From a virus: a stretch of DNA of 56,834 bases. The stretch spans positions 1 to 56,834 of IMG/VR virus record IMGVR_UViG_3300029708_000018; one strand, written 5' to 3'. Positions 25,312-34,715 of the stretch are shown piece after piece. A program made the position numbers and the translations under genes. Within the stretch, counting starts at the first letter, position 1. Each line of letters opens with the position of its first letter. The notes below the pieces were generated by a model. The model was not told where the DNA came from. It saw nothing but the letters and a program-made list of their open reading frames with translations, and did not search any database.

Positions 25312-25850
25312 TATCCGAACACCTCTTTCGCTTTGCTGATTATGTTCTTTTCCATATAGCTGTAAGCTTTGTACATAGGCATTGTAGGTGTAATGCCGTA
25401 TGAATGATGTAGATTGCCCTCTATGTCTCTCCAATACCAGCCCTCGCTATCAAATGCGTGTGTCTGCCCTGGGAAAGTTCCTTGACCGCCCCTATCATCA
25501 TCAAAGTGTGGTTGTGCTCTCCAACCGGAACCGAACTCCGACATAAGCAAAGGCGATACATCAGCTGTTTTTATTCCATCAGATGTCTGCCACTGGCTTA
25601 TTATCTTCCCTGTTTCTGTTGCTACAACAATAGCTGTGCAACCATTACTGTTTGGTTGAAGTTTTTTACTAAAAATTATGTAGTGTCCAAAATTTCCGGT
25701 ATTGTTTTTCCCTACTTCAATGCCACTGTCAGCAAGTTCTGATACTAGTCTTTCACACTTATTAAGGACTTCTTGCTTATAATTTTGCAAAGTACTTATT
25801 GCAGCCTGTATCGAATCATCTGATAAGGTTATTTTTTTTTTCATACGCAC
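25311..25850 (-). CDS. Neck / head-tail joining protein candidate (179 aa).
   Basis: Position in the connector module. Confidence 0.4.
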   Translation of the reverse strand: MRMKKKITLSDDSIQAAISTLQNYKQEVLNKCERLVSELADSGIEVGKNNTGNFGHYIIFSKKLQPNSNGCTAIVVATETGKIISQWQTSDGIKTADVSPLLMSEFGSGWRAQPHFDDDRGGQGTFPGQTHAFDSEGWYWRDIEGNLHHSYGITPTMPMYKAYSYMEKNIISKAKEVFG

Positions 25851-25852
25851 CC

Positions 25853-26311
25853 CTACTTCGCAACCGCCTTAAGCATATACTTAGTTGAATATAATGCCGG
25901 CTTAATGCCTACAACAGTGAAGTCCGCTGATGTTTCATCAACGAGACTGTCAGATGTGTATATAGGCTTGCTATCAAGCCATATAAGGTCGCCTTTTTGA
26001 ACAGGTAGTGTATTCCTATCCGTCAGTAAAATAGCGTCAAAATCAGCAGTATCAAAGCCATATTCCTTACTTTGTGCTTCTCCACCGCTGAAAGCTATAT
26101 TAGCTTTGAAATTGACCGGCTCTGAAAAACCTGTTTTTTCTTCAAGGACTTTGGGAATTTTATTTCCCTCATCATCAAGATAAGGAATGAAGTTACCCTC
26201 TGTATCCGTATATCCCTCATAAAGGATATTGCCGTCATCATCTCTTTCGTAAATAGTTACTGTCTGCCCTTGAAGTGAATACTTCATAGCCTGCTTATTA
26301 ATGTCAAGCAT
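25853..26311 (-). CDS. Head-closure / neck protein candidate (152 aa).
   Basis: Position in the connector module. Confidence 0.4.
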   Translation of the reverse strand: MLDINKQAMKYSLQGQTVTIYERDDDGNILYEGYTDTEGNFIPYLDDEGNKIPKVLEEKTGFSEPVNFKANIAFSGGEAQSKEYGFDTADFDAILLTDRNTLPVQKGDLIWLDSKPIYTSDSLVDETSADFTVVGIKPALYSTKYMLKAVAK

Positions 26312-26573
26312 TGTTCTTTACCTGTTTGTAAATCTGATTAACGCCGGTGCTTGCCATGCCTGACACAATGCCAACTGCTATTGCATCAAGAATGTTGTCT
26401 GCCGGATAACCGGGAATTACAAACATTCCAACAATACCGAGTACTCCACCGGCTACACCTACGATAATAGGAATAACATTATCTTTAACCTGTGGTATCT
26501 GCTTTGAAGCATATCCGATTAAATAAGTAATTACCATAATAGCAACTACTGTAGGTACTTGTGTAAAGTCCAT
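26304..26573 (-). CDS. Holin-like small membrane protein (89 aa, 3 TM helices, charged C-terminus).
   Basis: VVAIMVITYLIGY, IPIIVGVAGGVLGIVGMFVI and AIAVGIVSGMASTGV, ending in NQIYKQVKNNA. Confidence 0.6.
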   Translation of the reverse strand: MDFTQVPTVVAIMVITYLIGYASKQIPQVKDNVIPIIVGVAGGVLGIVGMFVIPGYPADNILDAIAVGIVSGMASTGVNQIYKQVKNNA

Positions 26574-26878
26574 CAGTTTTTACCTCCTTTGTCTAAGTGA
26601 ATTTCTTCAATCTCATTTTTCATTTTTGTTATCATGCCATTCCCACCGAGTGCGTGGTATGCGTCATACATCTCGCAAAAATTCTGATACGCATATGAGG
26701 GAATTTCGCCAAGTTTCATGTACTTGTCGTGATATTCAATAAGCTGCACTCGTAAAAGCAACATTGTGCCTTTACTGTTAGCATCCTTATCTTTTTTCTG
26801 CTGTTTCAGAAGCCAAACTATATAACCAAGTAATATCGGTAACACTATGGTATAAGTTTGTAATAAAAATTCTTTCAT
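26573..26878 (-). CDS. N-terminally anchored membrane protein (101 aa). Possible holin partner or antiholin.
   Basis: One TM helix (TYTIVLPILLGYIVWLL) followed by a basic stretch. ATGA overlap with the holin-like gene. Confidence 0.45.
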   Translation of the reverse strand: MKEFLLQTYTIVLPILLGYIVWLLKQQKKDKDANSKGTMLLLRVQLIEYHDKYMKLGEIPSYAYQNFCEMYDAYHALGGNGMITKMKNEIEEIHLDKGGKN

Positions 26879-26892
26879 TTTATATCTCCTGC

Positions 26893-26934
26893 AAAATTAA
26901 TAGGCACACCGCCCACCACCGCTTAATGTGTGCC
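26893..26934 (-). terminator. Terminator-like hairpin after the connector gene.
   Basis: Stem GGCACAC/GTGTGCC followed by TATTAATTTT. Confidence 0.35.
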
Positions 26935-26984
26935 GCCTGCTATCATAATGCCGACATCAGCAAAATGATAACGCACAATCTTCT

Positions 26985-27362
26985 TTATAAAACTTTAGCA
27001 AAAGGAAATACCCCAACAAACAAACTGTCTCTATTTCTCCAAGTTCTGTTGACACCACCCTCACTTAAAGCAGACATAAAGTTTTCGCCTGCCTGTGAAT
27101 GGTCATAGACAGTCAAATTAACAATAACACTCTCAAATTTCTTCAAGTCCTCGGTTATCATTTCATCTGTGTAGCTGTCTGGATAATTCCTCTTTGCCTT
27201 TACATCTTCTGTAGCCTGTTTAATAAGCTGTTCGATTATTGGATTATCTTCTTTGCTATCGAACACTACCACATCAGATGTTGTTTCATCATCATTTGCG
27301 ACTGTCTCAATATGAAATTGTTTAAGTCTGATTTTGACCTGTTCTAATGTGGTGTATTCCAT
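26985..27362 (-). CDS. Head-tail connector (gp6-like adaptor).
   Basis: 125 aa, starts MEYTTLEQVKIRLK.... Position and length are typical of a gp6-like adaptor. Confidence 0.55.
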   Translation of the reverse strand: MEYTTLEQVKIRLKQFHIETVANDDETTSDVVVFDSKEDNPIIEQLIKQATEDVKAKRNYPDSYTDEMITEDLKKFESVIVNLTVYDHSQAGENFMSALSEGGVNRTWRNRDSLFVGVFPFAKVL

Positions 27363-27373
27363 AATTTCAGCTC

Positions 27374-27601
27374 CTATAACCCTAATTTCTCAATTAACAG
27401 TTTCTTTAACTCTGATCCTGTAAGTTCTTCTGCGTTGTCTATACCTTGTTCTGTGGCAAAAGCCTGTAAATCAGATGTAGACATACGATTAATGGTTGTC
27501 TTGCTATAATCAAAAGAAGCCCCAGAATTGTTATTTTCTGGAACTTCTTGACCTGCGTTATACCATTTGCCGTTATGAATCACTATATATGGATATATCA
27601 T
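27374..27601 (-). CDS. Small protein with a C-terminal SAP/Rho-N-like helix-extension-helix (75 aa).
   Basis: C-terminal LTGSELKKLLIEKLGL. Confidence 0.45.
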   Translation of the reverse strand: MIYPYIVIHNGKWYNAGQEVPENNNSGASFDYSKTTINRMSTSDLQAFATEQGIDNAEELTGSELKKLLIEKLGL

Positions 27602-27612
27602 AATTGCACCCC

Positions 27613-28686
27613 CTACTCTTCGCTATGAACCTCATATACGAATGTGCTATCCATATTCTCGTATGACGGAAGAACAACCTCGGAAGCAAATGTTGACATC
27701 TTCATAGGTGGTCCGTACTCTGTCTTTGTAGCGACTGTGATACCTGTGCCGTATACTGTTACATCTACATCAGCTACCTGTCTTGCAGTTCTTTCTTCCG
27801 GTGTAGTGCCGAACCAAGTGCTACCAAGGCTGCCTTCCGGAAGAAGTGTAACCTTGTTATCTGGATAGAAGTAATGATCTTTGCCATCATCACCAGTGTA
27901 CATTTTATCGTAAAGTACGACAGTGAGCTTTGATCTCTTCTGTACTACTGAAAAAACAGCATCATCATCAACCTCAATAGTTGCCGTAAGGTTCTGCGCA
28001 AGGATTGAGTTTCTTATCTGCGCACTATCAAGCAAATACTGGAATGTATTGCTGTTCATAAGTGCATATTTAACAATCTTGCCCTTTTTCTTTAATTCTT
28101 TTCTTCCATTGTTAAGGTCTGTAAGTGGCTTTGAATTAGCTGTATCGCTCCACATACTTGTGCCGGACAACTTTACATAATGGTCTTTTGCGTATGATCC
28201 ATCCTTATCATAATCATAAGCATACTGAACGCCATCGCTTACAATGGCAATTACTGGATGACCTGCATTTGTAGCAAGAAGTGACATTCTCATACGCTCT
28301 GGAACAACTTCTGCACCGCTTACAAGATCGTTAGTATCGTCATATACGCTTGACAAAGCGCTTGCAAGGTAAGGATCGTCTGCTGACTGAATACGCTCGA
28401 TTTCAAGCATTTCCTCTTCACCGACTGTCATTCCCTCACGGAAAAATGCCATCTGTGTTTTTTCCTTGCTTAATCCCCCTCTAGCTCTAATTGTTGGGAT
28501 TGTGTCAAAGTTGGATGGTGCAAGTGAAACTGGAAGTCCTTTATGCGTCTTAATCCAGCTTAAATCAAGTCCCTGTTTCTTTCTTTCAGGAAACCACTGT
28601 AAACCAAGATAAGGTATCTGATTACTAGCGTTTTCTGTTGCTGATAATGCAATAGACTTACTGTCTAATACTTCATTAATTAACAT
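27613..28686 (-). CDS. Major capsid protein (lambda gpE-like family).
   Basis: 357 aa. Preceded by decoration-size and scaffold genes. The N-terminal motif IPYLGLQWFPERK is typical of gpE-like capsids. Confidence 0.75.
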   Translation of the reverse strand: MLINEVLDSKSIALSATENASNQIPYLGLQWFPERKKQGLDLSWIKTHKGLPVSLAPSNFDTIPTIRARGGLSKEKTQMAFFREGMTVGEEEMLEIERIQSADDPYLASALSSVYDDTNDLVSGAEVVPERMRMSLLATNAGHPVIAIVSDGVQYAYDYDKDGSYAKDHYVKLSGTSMWSDTANSKPLTDLNNGRKELKKKGKIVKYALMNSNTFQYLLDSAQIRNSILAQNLTATIEVDDDAVFSVVQKRSKLTVVLYDKMYTGDDGKDHYFYPDNKVTLLPEGSLGSTWFGTTPEERTARQVADVDVTVYGTGITVATKTEYGPPMKMSTFASEVVLPSYENMDSTFVYEVHSEE

Positions 28687-28703
28687 CTGTTTACCTCCTG
28701 TTA

Positions 28704-29057
28704 TTATTCAAATACAATCATTGGAAGAGCTGTCTTAACTGCTGCGTCATATGTAACGCCTGAGTGTGCTTCTGCTACCTTTGTGTTGAGATATGCTTTC
28801 TTAAGCAGTACGCCCTGTGGTCTGTCCTCTGTTACATCAAACCTTAAGATACCCACTACTGTAGCTGTATTGTCAGCCTTGCCGTTTGCTCCGATTGGAG
28901 TACCTGCTTTAACGATCTTCTTGCCCTGTGCGTTTTTAGTTGTTACGCCATCAAAATCAAGTGTCAGTGGGATTGCTTCGTTAGGCTCTCTCTTTAAAAT
29001 CTGAACATCTCCTGCGTATGAAGTCTTTTCGTACTGCATATTCATTTCCTTTGCCAT
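28704..29057 (-). CDS. Head decoration protein candidate (gpD-like position).
   Basis: 117 aa, immediately upstream of the capsid gene. Confidence 0.5.
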   Translation of the reverse strand: MAKEMNMQYEKTSYAGDVQILKREPNEAIPLTLDFDGVTTKNAQGKKIVKAGTPIGANGKADNTATVVGILRFDVTEDRPQGVLLKKAYLNTKVAEAHSGVTYDAAVKTALPMIVFE

Positions 29058-29070
29058 TTCTTACCTCCTG

Positions 29071-29643
29071 TTATTGCTGAATGTAATGTGATAAAACGTC
29101 ATTGTTCTTAGGTGCATTAGATATAAGGCTTTCTGCTATCTTTTCAGCATTTGTCTTATTGTCTGCACCGCCTTTATTGCTGCCGCCGCCCGGAATATCC
29201 TGATGTTTAGCAATCTCCTGTTCCTTAGCCTGTGCCGCAGCTGTTTCTTTCTCGGACATAATCTTGCCAAGTTCGGTATAATCAAGACTTCCATCATCTT
29301 TAACAACTGTCTTTGCCTGTTCCGCAGTAATCTTGAAATTAGTCATAGCTGCTTCTCTCTGGTCTCTGATAGCATTATTTTTCTGTAAATCCGCTATCTG
29401 CTGATTAGCTGTATCTAAGGCTTTATTTGCCTTTTCAAGCTCTGTCAGATTGCCAGCCTGTAAATCATCAAGCTGTTTCTGTAAGTCATCCGCTGTGTCA
29501 GCCTTAGCCTTGTAGCCGTCTGCTCTGTCTTTTTCTTTCTTTGTTTCTCCATTGACCTGATTTAGATAATTGCTTACCTGCTCATCTGTCGGCTCTGCTA
29601 CTCCGATTGAAATAAGATTTTGTTTTGCCTGTTCTCTTGTCAT
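29071..29643 (-). CDS. Scaffolding protein.
   Basis: 190 aa, helical and charged (coiled coil). Sits between the portal and capsid genes. Confidence 0.7.
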   Translation of the reverse strand: MTREQAKQNLISIGVAEPTDEQVSNYLNQVNGETKKEKDRADGYKAKADTADDLQKQLDDLQAGNLTELEKANKALDTANQQIADLQKNNAIRDQREAAMTNFKITAEQAKTVVKDDGSLDYTELGKIMSEKETAAAQAKEQEIAKHQDIPGGGSNKGGADNKTNAEKIAESLISNAPKNNDVLSHYIQQ

Positions 29644-29748
29644 AAATTACCTCCGATTCACTACGCTTTTTTACGTTGGTTGCTCAACTTGTGATTTCTG
29701 CTATTTACCGCATAGCTGCAAAATGTATAAAATAAAAGCAGCTACCGA

Positions 29749-31185
29749 TTATTCGATAACTGCCTTATTTTGCTGATTATTGTTAAGTTGATTAACTATC
29801 TCTTGCGCTTTCTTTTCTTGCTCTTCCACATCATCAATAGTCTTGTATATATTATCAAGATATGATTTTGATAAAAGGAATGTTTTTTCTGCATCTCCCC
29901 ATAATCCTACGGTTTTAATGGCTATAAGTGGATGTATACCAGCTTGCAAAAGTAAAAGCAACGTCTGCGCCTTGGTGTACATATTGTCTTGTGGGCTATG
30001 ATTTATCTGTACATCAAAATCTCTAACCGATAGTTTTAAATCTTCTCCTGCAAGTCTTAGAATATTAAGAACAACTATTGCCAATCGTTTTTCACACGAT
30101 TTAACAACAGGGTCTTTCAATTTTGCTCTTGTCTTAGAGAAATCCCATCCGTTTCTCAATTGAACCGCCCCTTGCGTATCTCCGCCGGTGTTACTTTGTT
30201 TTGTCGGAATGGCTAATATGGATAATGTGTTATCCCACAAATCTTCCTTAGCAACTTGACATTGTGTCTGATTAAGCTCCTGTGTCATAATCTCAACATC
30301 TGACTTGTTGTCTTTATTGATAGATTTAACTGTAAGGGCGTGGTTCATTTTCATTTTTTCAAATGTTTCTGGGTCAACTTCACAATTAACAAACTTAACC
30401 CAATACTCAACAAACTGCTGTATACTATCCATTCTGTTAGACTGCATATTATTAATAGCATCCAACATACCTATAACAAGCTCAATATCAGATATTCTTT
30501 CGTGATTATTGGGAAACTCAACGATAGGAATTTCGCCATATGTGTGTAGTTTTGCTTCAACTACTTTGCTGTCAACAATTCTAAAAGACATTGTGTCGGA
30601 AAAAGCCATTTTATACCAGTTTCCATCCTCGTCTTTAAGTTCTTGAACGACAAGCATAGGCTCTTCTGTGCTTTCATTGTAAACAACGTAAGTATTCATT
30701 GGCGTAGGTGCTACAATTCTGAATGGTACATCTCCATTTTTAGGTTGAGCCGCTTTGAATGATGTACCTGTTGCCGACTGCCACTCTCCAGCTTTAATGT
30801 CTTTCTCTTGCTTATTAGCATCCGTCAAAAAATCATTGAGTATATCAACCGCCTTATTGATAGCTTCATCATCTTTGCGGCTAATAAACTGGATTGGCTC
30901 ACCATACGTCTGCCCTACCTTGAATTGAACAATTTCATATGCGTGATTCTCAACAATCTTGTTTGTAATATCTTCATTGGTTAGCTTATGCCTGTACAAT
31001 ATTGGTTGGTCGCCCTTGTAGTAATGCCAAAGATACTTGATAACTGGCTTATTCCAATTAAATACACCTATAGTACTTCCAATAACCTTAACAACATTGT
31101 TAGCAGTTATTGTATCTACATTTGTGTATGCAATTTTTCTGCCATAACAACCTCTGACAAGATTTTGAAAATGCATTGTATTCAT
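29749..31185 (-). CDS. Portal protein (SPP1 gp6-like).
   Basis: 478 aa, downstream of terL. Size and position fit. Confidence 0.8.
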   Translation of the reverse strand: MNTMHFQNLVRGCYGRKIAYTNVDTITANNVVKVIGSTIGVFNWNKPVIKYLWHYYKGDQPILYRHKLTNEDITNKIVENHAYEIVQFKVGQTYGEPIQFISRKDDEAINKAVDILNDFLTDANKQEKDIKAGEWQSATGTSFKAAQPKNGDVPFRIVAPTPMNTYVVYNESTEEPMLVVQELKDEDGNWYKMAFSDTMSFRIVDSKVVEAKLHTYGEIPIVEFPNNHERISDIELVIGMLDAINNMQSNRMDSIQQFVEYWVKFVNCEVDPETFEKMKMNHALTVKSINKDNKSDVEIMTQELNQTQCQVAKEDLWDNTLSILAIPTKQSNTGGDTQGAVQLRNGWDFSKTRAKLKDPVVKSCEKRLAIVVLNILRLAGEDLKLSVRDFDVQINHSPQDNMYTKAQTLLLLLQAGIHPLIAIKTVGLWGDAEKTFLLSKSYLDNIYKTIDDVEEQEKKAQEIVNQLNNNQQNKAVIE

Positions 31186-31194
31186 GCGCTACCT

Positions 31195-31401
31195 CTAATA
31201 AAACCTTTTTCCGCTCGCTGATACTCTTGGCGGTATTTCTTTTACTTCAAATGTTTTTGTTTTTGGTCTAAACCATATCCATTTTCTACAGTTTGTGCAA
31301 GCTATTTTGTGTAGGCTGTTGTCACTTTTATTTACCCATGTAAGCAGTTTGCCACATCTAGGGCACATTACCGATTGTTTGTCTTTGGGTACAATACTCA
31401 T
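31195..31401 (-). CDS. Zinc-ribbon protein (68 aa, CPRCGK...CTNCRK). Architecture resembles Mu Com.
   Basis: AAGAGGT RBS lies 6 nt upstream of the internal ATG (MSIVPKDKQ). Confidence 0.5.
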   Translation of the reverse strand: MSIVPKDKQSVMCPRCGKLLTWVNKSDNSLHKIACTNCRKWIWFRPKTKTFEVKEIPPRVSASGKRFY

Positions 31402-31423
31402 ATCTATACCTCTTTTATTCACG

Positions 31424-31457
31424 TAAAAAACCTCACATCGTATGACATGAGGTTTTT
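31424..31457. terminator. Bidirectional intrinsic terminator in the leader of the portal/head genes.
   Basis: AAAAAACCTCA...TGAGGTTTTT, followed on the minus strand by TTTTTT. Confidence 0.65.
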
Positions 31458-31508
31458 GTAGGTGTATTTTATTTATTTTTTACATTGTATACTATAACAT
31501 ATATCCTA

Positions 31509-31536
31509 TAGGACATTCTAGGACATTTGTGGACAA
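31509..31536. repeat. Direct repeats: TAGGACAT x2 plus TGGACAA.
   Basis: Copies at 31509-16, 31519-26 and 31530-36. They lie between the stop of 31539..31961 and the leader terminator. Confidence 0.6.
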
Positions 31537-31538
31537 CT

Positions 31539-31961
31539 TTAGATATATTCTTTTCCATATTTTTCCTCAAACTCTTTCAACGCCGCACCATGATAACGAT
31601 TTATGCTTTTGTATGAATAATTTAATTCAGTAGCTATTTTTTCAAGGCTTTTCCGCTCTATGTATCTCGAAAACAAGATAACATAGCTTAATTCGTTATC
31701 AATTCCATCTATCTGCGCAATGATATGGTTTTTTCTGTCAATGAAATCATCTATTAAGGAATCGAGTTTTTCTTCCATTTCTTCTATTTTCACAAACGTT
31801 GTGCTCATTTTGTCAAAGTTTGGTGTTGATTGTACTTTTTCTTCATTGCTTACTGCCGACACATTCGCTGCCATTACTCGCAGCTGTTGAATCTCGATTA
31901 ATTTATTGTTGATCATCCGATTTAATCTACCAATTTGGCTTAAATAATCTTTCGTTGTCAT
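31539..31961 (-). CDS. Sigma-70 region-4-like / DUF1492-ArpU-type late transcriptional regulator candidate.
   Basis: C-terminal HTH: LSYVILFSRYIERKSLEKIATELNYSYKSINRYHGAALKEF. Confidence 0.55.
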   Translation of the reverse strand: MTTKDYLSQIGRLNRMINNKLIEIQQLRVMAANVSAVSNEEKVQSTPNFDKMSTTFVKIEEMEEKLDSLIDDFIDRKNHIIAQIDGIDNELSYVILFSRYIERKSLEKIATELNYSYKSINRYHGAALKEFEEKYGKEYI

Positions 31962-31963
31962 AA

Positions 31964-33838
31964 CTAATACCTCCTAAATGGGTTTATAGCGGCTTCACAT
32001 TTTGCTACAGTTCCAGTTCTCATTTCGTTTTCGAACAATGCAATGCTGTCTGGTGCATCGTCATGCTTTACTTTTCCGCTTCTTGTCATGGTTGTAAGTT
32101 CTTTCATAAATTTATAATATTGGCTCTGCCTGTCCATTTTTTTAAAATCACGAAAATAGTAATCACGAATTACATTATCTCTTGCATTTTCCATCCTTGT
32201 GATTTTGTTTGAACAATTAAATTTAAACCTTGCACTACATCTACCGCCCCTATTTTTAACAATATCCATTACATCACGTCCAAAGTACTCTCCTGCACTA
32301 TTACTTTCAAATGTAACCGTCTTTACGTTGTGCTTAATAAGCATATTGGCACATTCCGGTTTTGTGAACTGCGTTCCGGCATTGTCAAACACTACGTCTA
32401 CGATATAAACCTCGTTGCCGTATACATAGCCAATCGGCATTGAGCAACTATCTTCTCCCTTATCTGCACTGTCGCAAGCCGCCATAATTGCATCTGGTTC
32501 TCGATCAACAGGAAGTTCCTCAAAATAATTAAGTTCATTCTCCGCAAACATTCGCCCTTTTGCTTCAAATGGTTCTTGTTGGAACTCTGCCGCCCACGTT
32601 TCTTCTGATACAAGTTTTCGTTCCTTTTGGTAGTAAACGGTTGTGAATATCTTCCGTAATCCCTTTTTATCTTTTCGATAAATTTCCCAATTACTTTCAT
32701 CTGTGATTGGGTCAAGCGCCGGAATCGCAACCTCTTTCCATCTCCACTCCAATTCATCAGCTTTATTTTGTAAAGCCGTAATCGGGTCATACAGGCTGTA
32801 TTTTGTTCCTTGTATAATAATAGGTGTTCCCTCTAATCTACGTCCTAATACGTCATCTGTGACTTTTTCACAGAGGAACTCTAGGCGGTCACGATTTCTC
32901 GCTTCCTCATGGTTCTTAACGCAGTCATCAATATAGACAAGCACATTTGCTTCGGTGCATCCTACGATTGCTCCATCAATCGGTCTACAGGTAAACGTTG
33001 GGAAAATATTCTTGCTTTTAAGGTCGATTGATAGATTCTCAGCACTTTTATAGTCTTTTTCGCCTATTTTTGTTGCTTCCGGGAAAACACTTAAGAATCT
33101 ATTGTACGTGCTTTCTGTTTCAAAACCTTGCAACAGACCGCCATAAAATCGCTTAACAAGTCCTTCTCCTTTTCCAACACCGAATATACTTCCGTCCGGG
33201 TCGCGTCCACCCATCATCTGCGCCAATTTTAGACCGCCTGTTGTTTTTCCGGTTCTTTTTGGTTGCGATACAGACAGAAAATCCAATTTTCCATCATAAA
33301 TCTCCTGGTATGCTCCGACTACAGGCTGTAGCACTTTTCTTCTCGGGAAATAAAATCTCTTCCACGGATCCTTTTCATCAATTTCAATGTAATAAAAAAA
33401 GCTGTCCACAAGATAGGCTGATTCATACATCAAAACATCGTAGAATTGTTGAAGCACTTTGTATGTCGTATCATGTTCCCCGGCATACACTTCTAAGTCT
33501 GCAACTCTACCGCCTGTATATTGCTTGACATAGCTTGCTATAAGTTGCTTTGTCCTTGCGGATATTTTTAATCCATAATCAACGTCATGCTCTGTCCTTA
33601 AGGCAACCGCTACGGCTTGTATGTATGCATCTATTACCTGTTCATCAACGCCTTTTCTCTGTATGTAATTTTCATATCCATTTACTGCATTGATTAACTG
33701 CTTTGAAGCCAAATAAAAAGCACCTCCGCAAAAAGCAGAAGTGCCTTGACCTCTGCCTATAACTGTTTTAGGGTAGCGGCTACAATCAATCTGTAGCCGG
33801 TAATATGCGTAGTCAGTAGTAAAAGCTATTCTTAGCAC
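31964..33838 (-). CDS. terL: Terminase large subunit.
   Basis: Walker A SQPKRTGKTT, Walker B VLVYIDD, and nuclease motifs CDSADKG and HDDAPDSIA. The start (GTG at 33838 or upstream ATT) is uncertain. Confidence 0.9.
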   Translation of the reverse strand: MLRIAFTTDYAYYRLQIDCSRYPKTVIGRGQGTSAFCGGAFYLASKQLINAVNGYENYIQRKGVDEQVIDAYIQAVAVALRTEHDVDYGLKISARTKQLIASYVKQYTGGRVADLEVYAGEHDTTYKVLQQFYDVLMYESAYLVDSFFYYIEIDEKDPWKRFYFPRRKVLQPVVGAYQEIYDGKLDFLSVSQPKRTGKTTGGLKLAQMMGGRDPDGSIFGVGKGEGLVKRFYGGLLQGFETESTYNRFLSVFPEATKIGEKDYKSAENLSIDLKSKNIFPTFTCRPIDGAIVGCTEANVLVYIDDCVKNHEEARNRDRLEFLCEKVTDDVLGRRLEGTPIIIQGTKYSLYDPITALQNKADELEWRWKEVAIPALDPITDESNWEIYRKDKKGLRKIFTTVYYQKERKLVSEETWAAEFQQEPFEAKGRMFAENELNYFEELPVDREPDAIMAACDSADKGEDSCSMPIGYVYGNEVYIVDVVFDNAGTQFTKPECANMLIKHNVKTVTFESNSAGEYFGRDVMDIVKNRGGRCSARFKFNCSNKITRMENARDNVIRDYYFRDFKKMDRQSQYYKFMKELTTMTRSGKVKHDDAPDSIALFENEMRTGTVAKCEAAINPFRRY

Positions 33839-33909
33839 ACCAATATTGTACGCACCTCTTAGTGTTTCGGAAATTATTTAAAGACTATTTTCTTGGTCTG
33901 AATTGTTAT

Positions 33910-34191
33910 TTATTTTATATCCGCAACGCTTTCCACAAAGCAATTGTAGTAGATATATCTCTTGCCGTTAAAATCAAACTTAACATATCCACCATCGTTT
34001 GTGCTAAGGTCAATCTTGCCTTTGTATGTTGCAAGTTCTTTACCATCTGCCGTGTATACAGTAATGGTTCTCTGCATACCACCGTTTGCATCGCTTTTCA
34101 TGTCTACCACAAATCTGTCCCACGATGCGCATCCGGTCATTCCTAAGCACAATGTCAATCCTAATACAATTGCTATAATTTTCTTCTTCAT
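33910..34191 (-). CDS. Lipoprotein (93 aa).
   Basis: MKKKIIAIVLGLTLCLGMTGC is a signal peptide with a lipobox. AAAGGAG RBS. Confidence 0.75.
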   Translation of the reverse strand: MKKKIIAIVLGLTLCLGMTGCASWDRFVVDMKSDANGGMQRTITVYTADGKELATYKGKIDLSTNDGGYVKFDFNGKRYIYYNCFVESVADIK

Positions 34192-34202
34192 AAAATCTCC
34201 TT

Positions 34203-34481
34203 TCAATTCATGCATAACACTTTTTCGCAAACATCAATACATTCTTTTCTCTTCTCATCATTGGTACACTTGCCATCTGCATTGTATTGACAAGAAGTCA
34301 GATTGCATTTTTTATTTTCATAAGCATTATTTACATTATCAATCCATTCACGAAATGGAACATTATTGATCGTGGCATTGTCTAATGCTTCGTCATCCAC
34401 TTTTTGTACTATTTCTTGTATTGATATTTTCACAATTTCACTCCCTAAAACATTCTTCCAACGTTCTTCTATCAGCTTCAT
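34203..34481 (-). CDS. Hypothetical Cys-containing protein (92 aa).
   Basis: ORF track. Confidence 0.45.
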   Translation of the reverse strand: MKLIEERWKNVLGSEIVKISIQEIVQKVDDEALDNATINNVPFREWIDNVNNAYENKKCNLTSCQYNADGKCTNDEKRKECIDVCEKVLCMN

Positions 34482-34611
34482 TATTTGCCTTAATAACCGG
34501 CTTTTCTCCCAATGCGGAACAATCTATAGGCTCACCATTTCTACCGCATATTTCGTGTGATTGTGCTTCTCTAAGTGCCTCACGCTCTATTGATTTAATT
34601 ACTTCTGCCAT
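34438..34611 (-). CDS. Hypothetical protein (57 aa, starts MAEVIKSIERE).
   Basis: Internal ATG with AAGGGA 6 nt upstream. The N-terminal part of the listed 82-aa ORF overlaps a better-supported ORF. Confidence 0.4.
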   Translation of the reverse strand: MAEVIKSIEREALREAQSHEICGRNGEPIDCSALGEKPVIKANNEADRRTLEECFRE

Positions 34612-34714
34612 GCTCATTCCCTTTTTGGCATTCATAAACCGGATATTCTTCTCCTGTTTCTTCATCAAAATCAAAATCTTCATCACAATATTTGCAAATT
34701 GAGCAATCTTTCAT
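34595..34714 (-). CDS. Cys-rich micro-protein (39 aa, MKDCSICKYCDEDFDFDEETGEEYPVYECQKGNEHGRSN). Not in the ORF track.
   Basis: GAGGTG RBS. The ATG lies 1 nt after the upstream TGA, which suggests translational coupling. Confidence 0.45.
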   Translation of the reverse strand: MKDCSICKYCDEDFDFDEETGEEYPVYECQKGNEHGRSN

Positions 34715-34715
34715 A

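Noticed and set aside
32398-32790. Minus-strand ORF of 130 aa and several plus-strand ORFs within 31964..33838.
   Set aside because: They are alternative-frame or antisense ORFs nested in the large terminase gene, which has unambiguous Walker and nuclease motifs.
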